This document shows positions 61,131-64,000 of a DNA stretch of 64,000 bases, in pieces. Source of the stretch: Lytechinus pictus (taxonomy: Eukaryota). The notes beneath the pieces are model-generated. The model was given only the letters and a program-made list of their open reading frames with translations, did not search any database and had not been told where the DNA came from. Where the stretch lies: positions 9,302,001-9,366,000 of the forward strand of contig NC_087252.1 of assembly GCF_037042905.1 (NCBI RefSeq), given 5' to 3'. How positions within the stretch are numbered: the first letter of the stretch is position 1; each line of letters opens with the position of its first letter. The position numbers and the translations under genes were made by a program.

Positions 61131-64000
61131 CATACATTCGTAATTCCGAAGCTTCGTAATTCCGAAGGTTCGGTTATTCCGAAGGTTCGTATTTCCGAAG
61201 GTTCGTAATTCCGAAGGTTCGTAATTCCGATGGTTCGTTAATCCGAAAACGAAATAAGGTACGTAATTCCGAAGGTTCGTTAATCCGAAAACGAAATAAG
61301 GTTCGTAATTCAGAAGGTTCGTCAATCCGAAAACGAAATAAGGTTCGTAATTCCGAAGGTTCGTTAATCCGAAAACGAAATAAGGTTCGTAATTCCGAAG
61401 GTTCGTTAATCCGAAAACGAAATAAGGTTCGTAATTCCGAAAGTTCGTTAATCCGAAAACGAAATAAGGTTCGTTAATCCGAAAATTAAATAAGGTTCGT
61501 ATTTCTGAAAATGAAAATTATTCATTTTGGTAACAAACACGGTGTTGTCATTACAAGATAACACGATATTATGCAACGATCTATGATACATGCGTGTGTT
61601 GTGGCCAAAAGCATATATTTCATTAAGAATAGGCGCCCGGATTAAGCATAGGCTAATTTCGATTTTATCTGAACAATTGCTGCCTTTAGCAAATGGTTTA
61701 AGGATGCAGGGGATTAAGATTGTTGGTCGCGTGCGAGTAACCTCCAGATAATAGGATTTGTATTGGAGGGGATATCATTTTTAATAACAGCTTCTGCTGG
61801 TAATAAAAATAAATATAATACTAATAATGATCCTTGTGAGATTTGAAAGCGCGAATCGCAAGCTCAAACTAGTAGACATTTCATGTAACAAAACTTGAAC
61901 TTAAACATTCTGAGCATTTTTGTAATCGTGAGAAAGATGTGTATCTTACTAAAGAATTAACGCGAGCGCGAAGCGCGAGCTGTAATTTGTTTATATACTG
62001 ACCTGGGGCCCGTTGCATAAAACTTTTTACCTGAGAAAACTCAGATTGTTTTTACCGGAGTTTTTGCCCTGTGCTAAAGTCAATGGCGGAAATCAGACTA
62101 ACCTTAGTTTTCAGTTTTTACCAGAGTTTTCTCAGGTAAAAAGTTTTATACAACAGGCTTTAAAAAGTAACCTTTTAAGGACTGCATTTAGTGACTCATG
62201 AATAGTATATCTCACGAACTAAATAATGAGAGCGCGAACCGCAAGCTTAAAATTTGTGATATTCCAACTTGAAAACTTGATATTCCAACTTGAAAACTGG
62301 ACATTTTATACATTTTTTTTTGTAACCAGGAATAGAATGAGTTCCTCAATAAACAATACTTGATGCGAACGAGAAACGTGAGCCAAATTTTTCCGATTTT
62401 CCAACCTGACAACTGGATATTTTAGTAAGCATTCTTGTCAAAAAAAATAATTGATGCAAGTGCTAATAAGCGCGAGCCCAAAAGGGTATTCCATTTTGAA
62501 AAAGGTCACCTTTTTTCCGACGGGTTTTTTTGGGGGGCAAGTATCCACTTCCGCCGCCACTGGTTAAAAAAACACGCATCGTTAACTGCAAAAAGTTCTT
62601 AAAATGTCCCCTTTAGATCAGGTCAGAGCTTATATTTAAAATTTCTGTTCGCGCTTCTTGCTAGCAGTTATTACCTAGTTACATAGGCATCTCGTTTTGA
62701 AGATCACAAACATATTGCCCATCATATTACAAAAAAATATAGCTCGCGCTCGCATTATTTAAAAAGGGTATATCATGTTATTACATATTTACTTTATTTT
62801 ATAAGTATAAAGCTAATTATTGACTGTTAGGACTACCCTTTCAAAGAAACAAAAAAAAATCAACTTTAAGCTGCCGATCGAGGAAAATATGGCTGAAAAA
62901 AATTTGCCCCCCCCCCCCTATTTGTCAAAAGTTGGATCCGCTGGGAGGGAGGCAGGGGGCACTTGCACCCCAAAAATGAAATACAAAACAGGGAAATGCA
63001 TATTTTTCCAAAATGGGAAAGTTCCTTTTTCAAAAATAAATATGCTGTTTTCATGTTTTTCGAAATAAAATACTCTTTTTAAAGTATAAAAGTTAAGTTT
63101 TCAGGCTGGAATATTGCAAATTTTCAGCTTGCGCTTCGCACTCTCAATTATTCGATTGGAGAAATATGTATCCTAAAGAGGTCACTAAATGCTTTCTTTA
63201 ACAGGTTCCTTTTCTGGTCAGTATGTTTAAGCTCGCGTTTTGCGCTCGTGTTAATTCTTTAGTTAGATGCACATCTCTTAATGACAGCAGCAATCTGCTC
63301 GGATTTTTAAAAACTTATTTTCATTTTTTTTATTGAAATACCCTTAAGTTTTAGCTTGTGATTTACGCTCGCAACACCTCGCAATAATGCCATTTTAAGA
63401 ATAATTGACCCCTAAACGATTTTTACAACATCACCTATATTTTTTTTTACCAACCCGCTCGCTCATTATACTCTCTCCCGAAAAATAAAGCCTAAATATA
63501 TATTTTGCCATAATAAGAAGTCACTTCAAAAAAGCTTTTCTCTACTTAATGACTATCAAACACACAATGACTTCAAGCAGATGATTATCTTAAGGTGAAA
63601 ATATCACCAAAGTGCCCATTTTGACGTATGAGTTTCATTTTTTGGCTTTACTCCCCGAAAGAAAATTCGTTCGGCCGCCCTTGCCTTCCCATCCTCATAA
63701 CAATTGAACGGCAACAGTGTAATTTTTTCATTTTTCGGATTAACGAACCTTATTTTGTTTTCGGATTAACGAACCTCATTTCGTTTTCGGATTAACGAAC
63801 CTTCGGAACAACGAACCTTGTTTCGTTTTTGGATTAACGAACCTTCGGAAAAACGAACCTTATTTTGTTTTCGGATTAACGAACCTTATTTCGTTTTCGG
63901 ATTAACGAACCTTCGGAAAAACGAACCTTATTTCGTTTTCGGATTAACGAACCTTCGGAACAACGAACCTTATTTCGTTTTCGGATTAACGAACCTTTGG
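61131..64000. mobile_element. Foldback element with tandem-repeat arms; right end lies beyond the window
   Basis: 16-bp (GAAGGTTCGTAATTCC) and 38-bp higher-order repeats at 61136-61510 are mirrored as TTCGGATTAACGAACCTT repeats at 63735-64000. Confidence 0.8.
62006..62158. mobile_element. Harbinger-like MITE with a damaged right end
   Basis: GTTGCATAAAACTTTTTACCTGAGAAAACTC / GAGTTTTCTCAGGTAAAAAGTTTTATACAAC inverted arms. The left end is CTG|GGGCCCG. Confidence 0.7.

Noticed and set aside
61136..61510. Regular short repeats resembling CRISPR, and ORF 61113-61325
   Set aside because: Pure tandem minisatellite with no unique spacers. The ORF is a translation of the repeat.

Overview
AT-rich eukaryotic (animal) DNA made almost entirely of transposable elements. 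I see no host protein-coding gene, rRNA or CRISPR array. The repeat types suggest a marine deuterostome such as a sea urchin (inference only). Layout: (1) 1-3.9 kb holds LINE and MITE debris. (2) 3936-18400 is a tandem segmental duplication whose two copies act as filled/empty-site controls for nested MITEs. (3) 11858-27970 holds Helentron-type non-autonomous elements, two of them head-to-tail. The last one carries a 5.4-kb foldback element (TGT..ACA ends, 5-bp TSD) that contains L1 and L2 fragments and a 184-bp SINE-like insert with a 7SL-RNA-like head. (4) 28-42 kb holds SINEs, hAT MITEs and LINE tails. (5) 42369-58886 is a two-gene, intron-containing PIF/Harbinger (PHIS) transposon with an AAT TSD. 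It is interrupted by a near full-length L1/Tx1-type LINE that has an 8-bp TSD, a 311-bp block copied from 11.7 kb upstream at its 5' junction, and a tandemly duplicated endonuclease region. (6) A second foldback element runs off the right edge. The best novelty candidates are the 7SL-headed SINE and the microhomology-primed local DNA capture at the L1 junction. All calls were made by eye and no database search was run.
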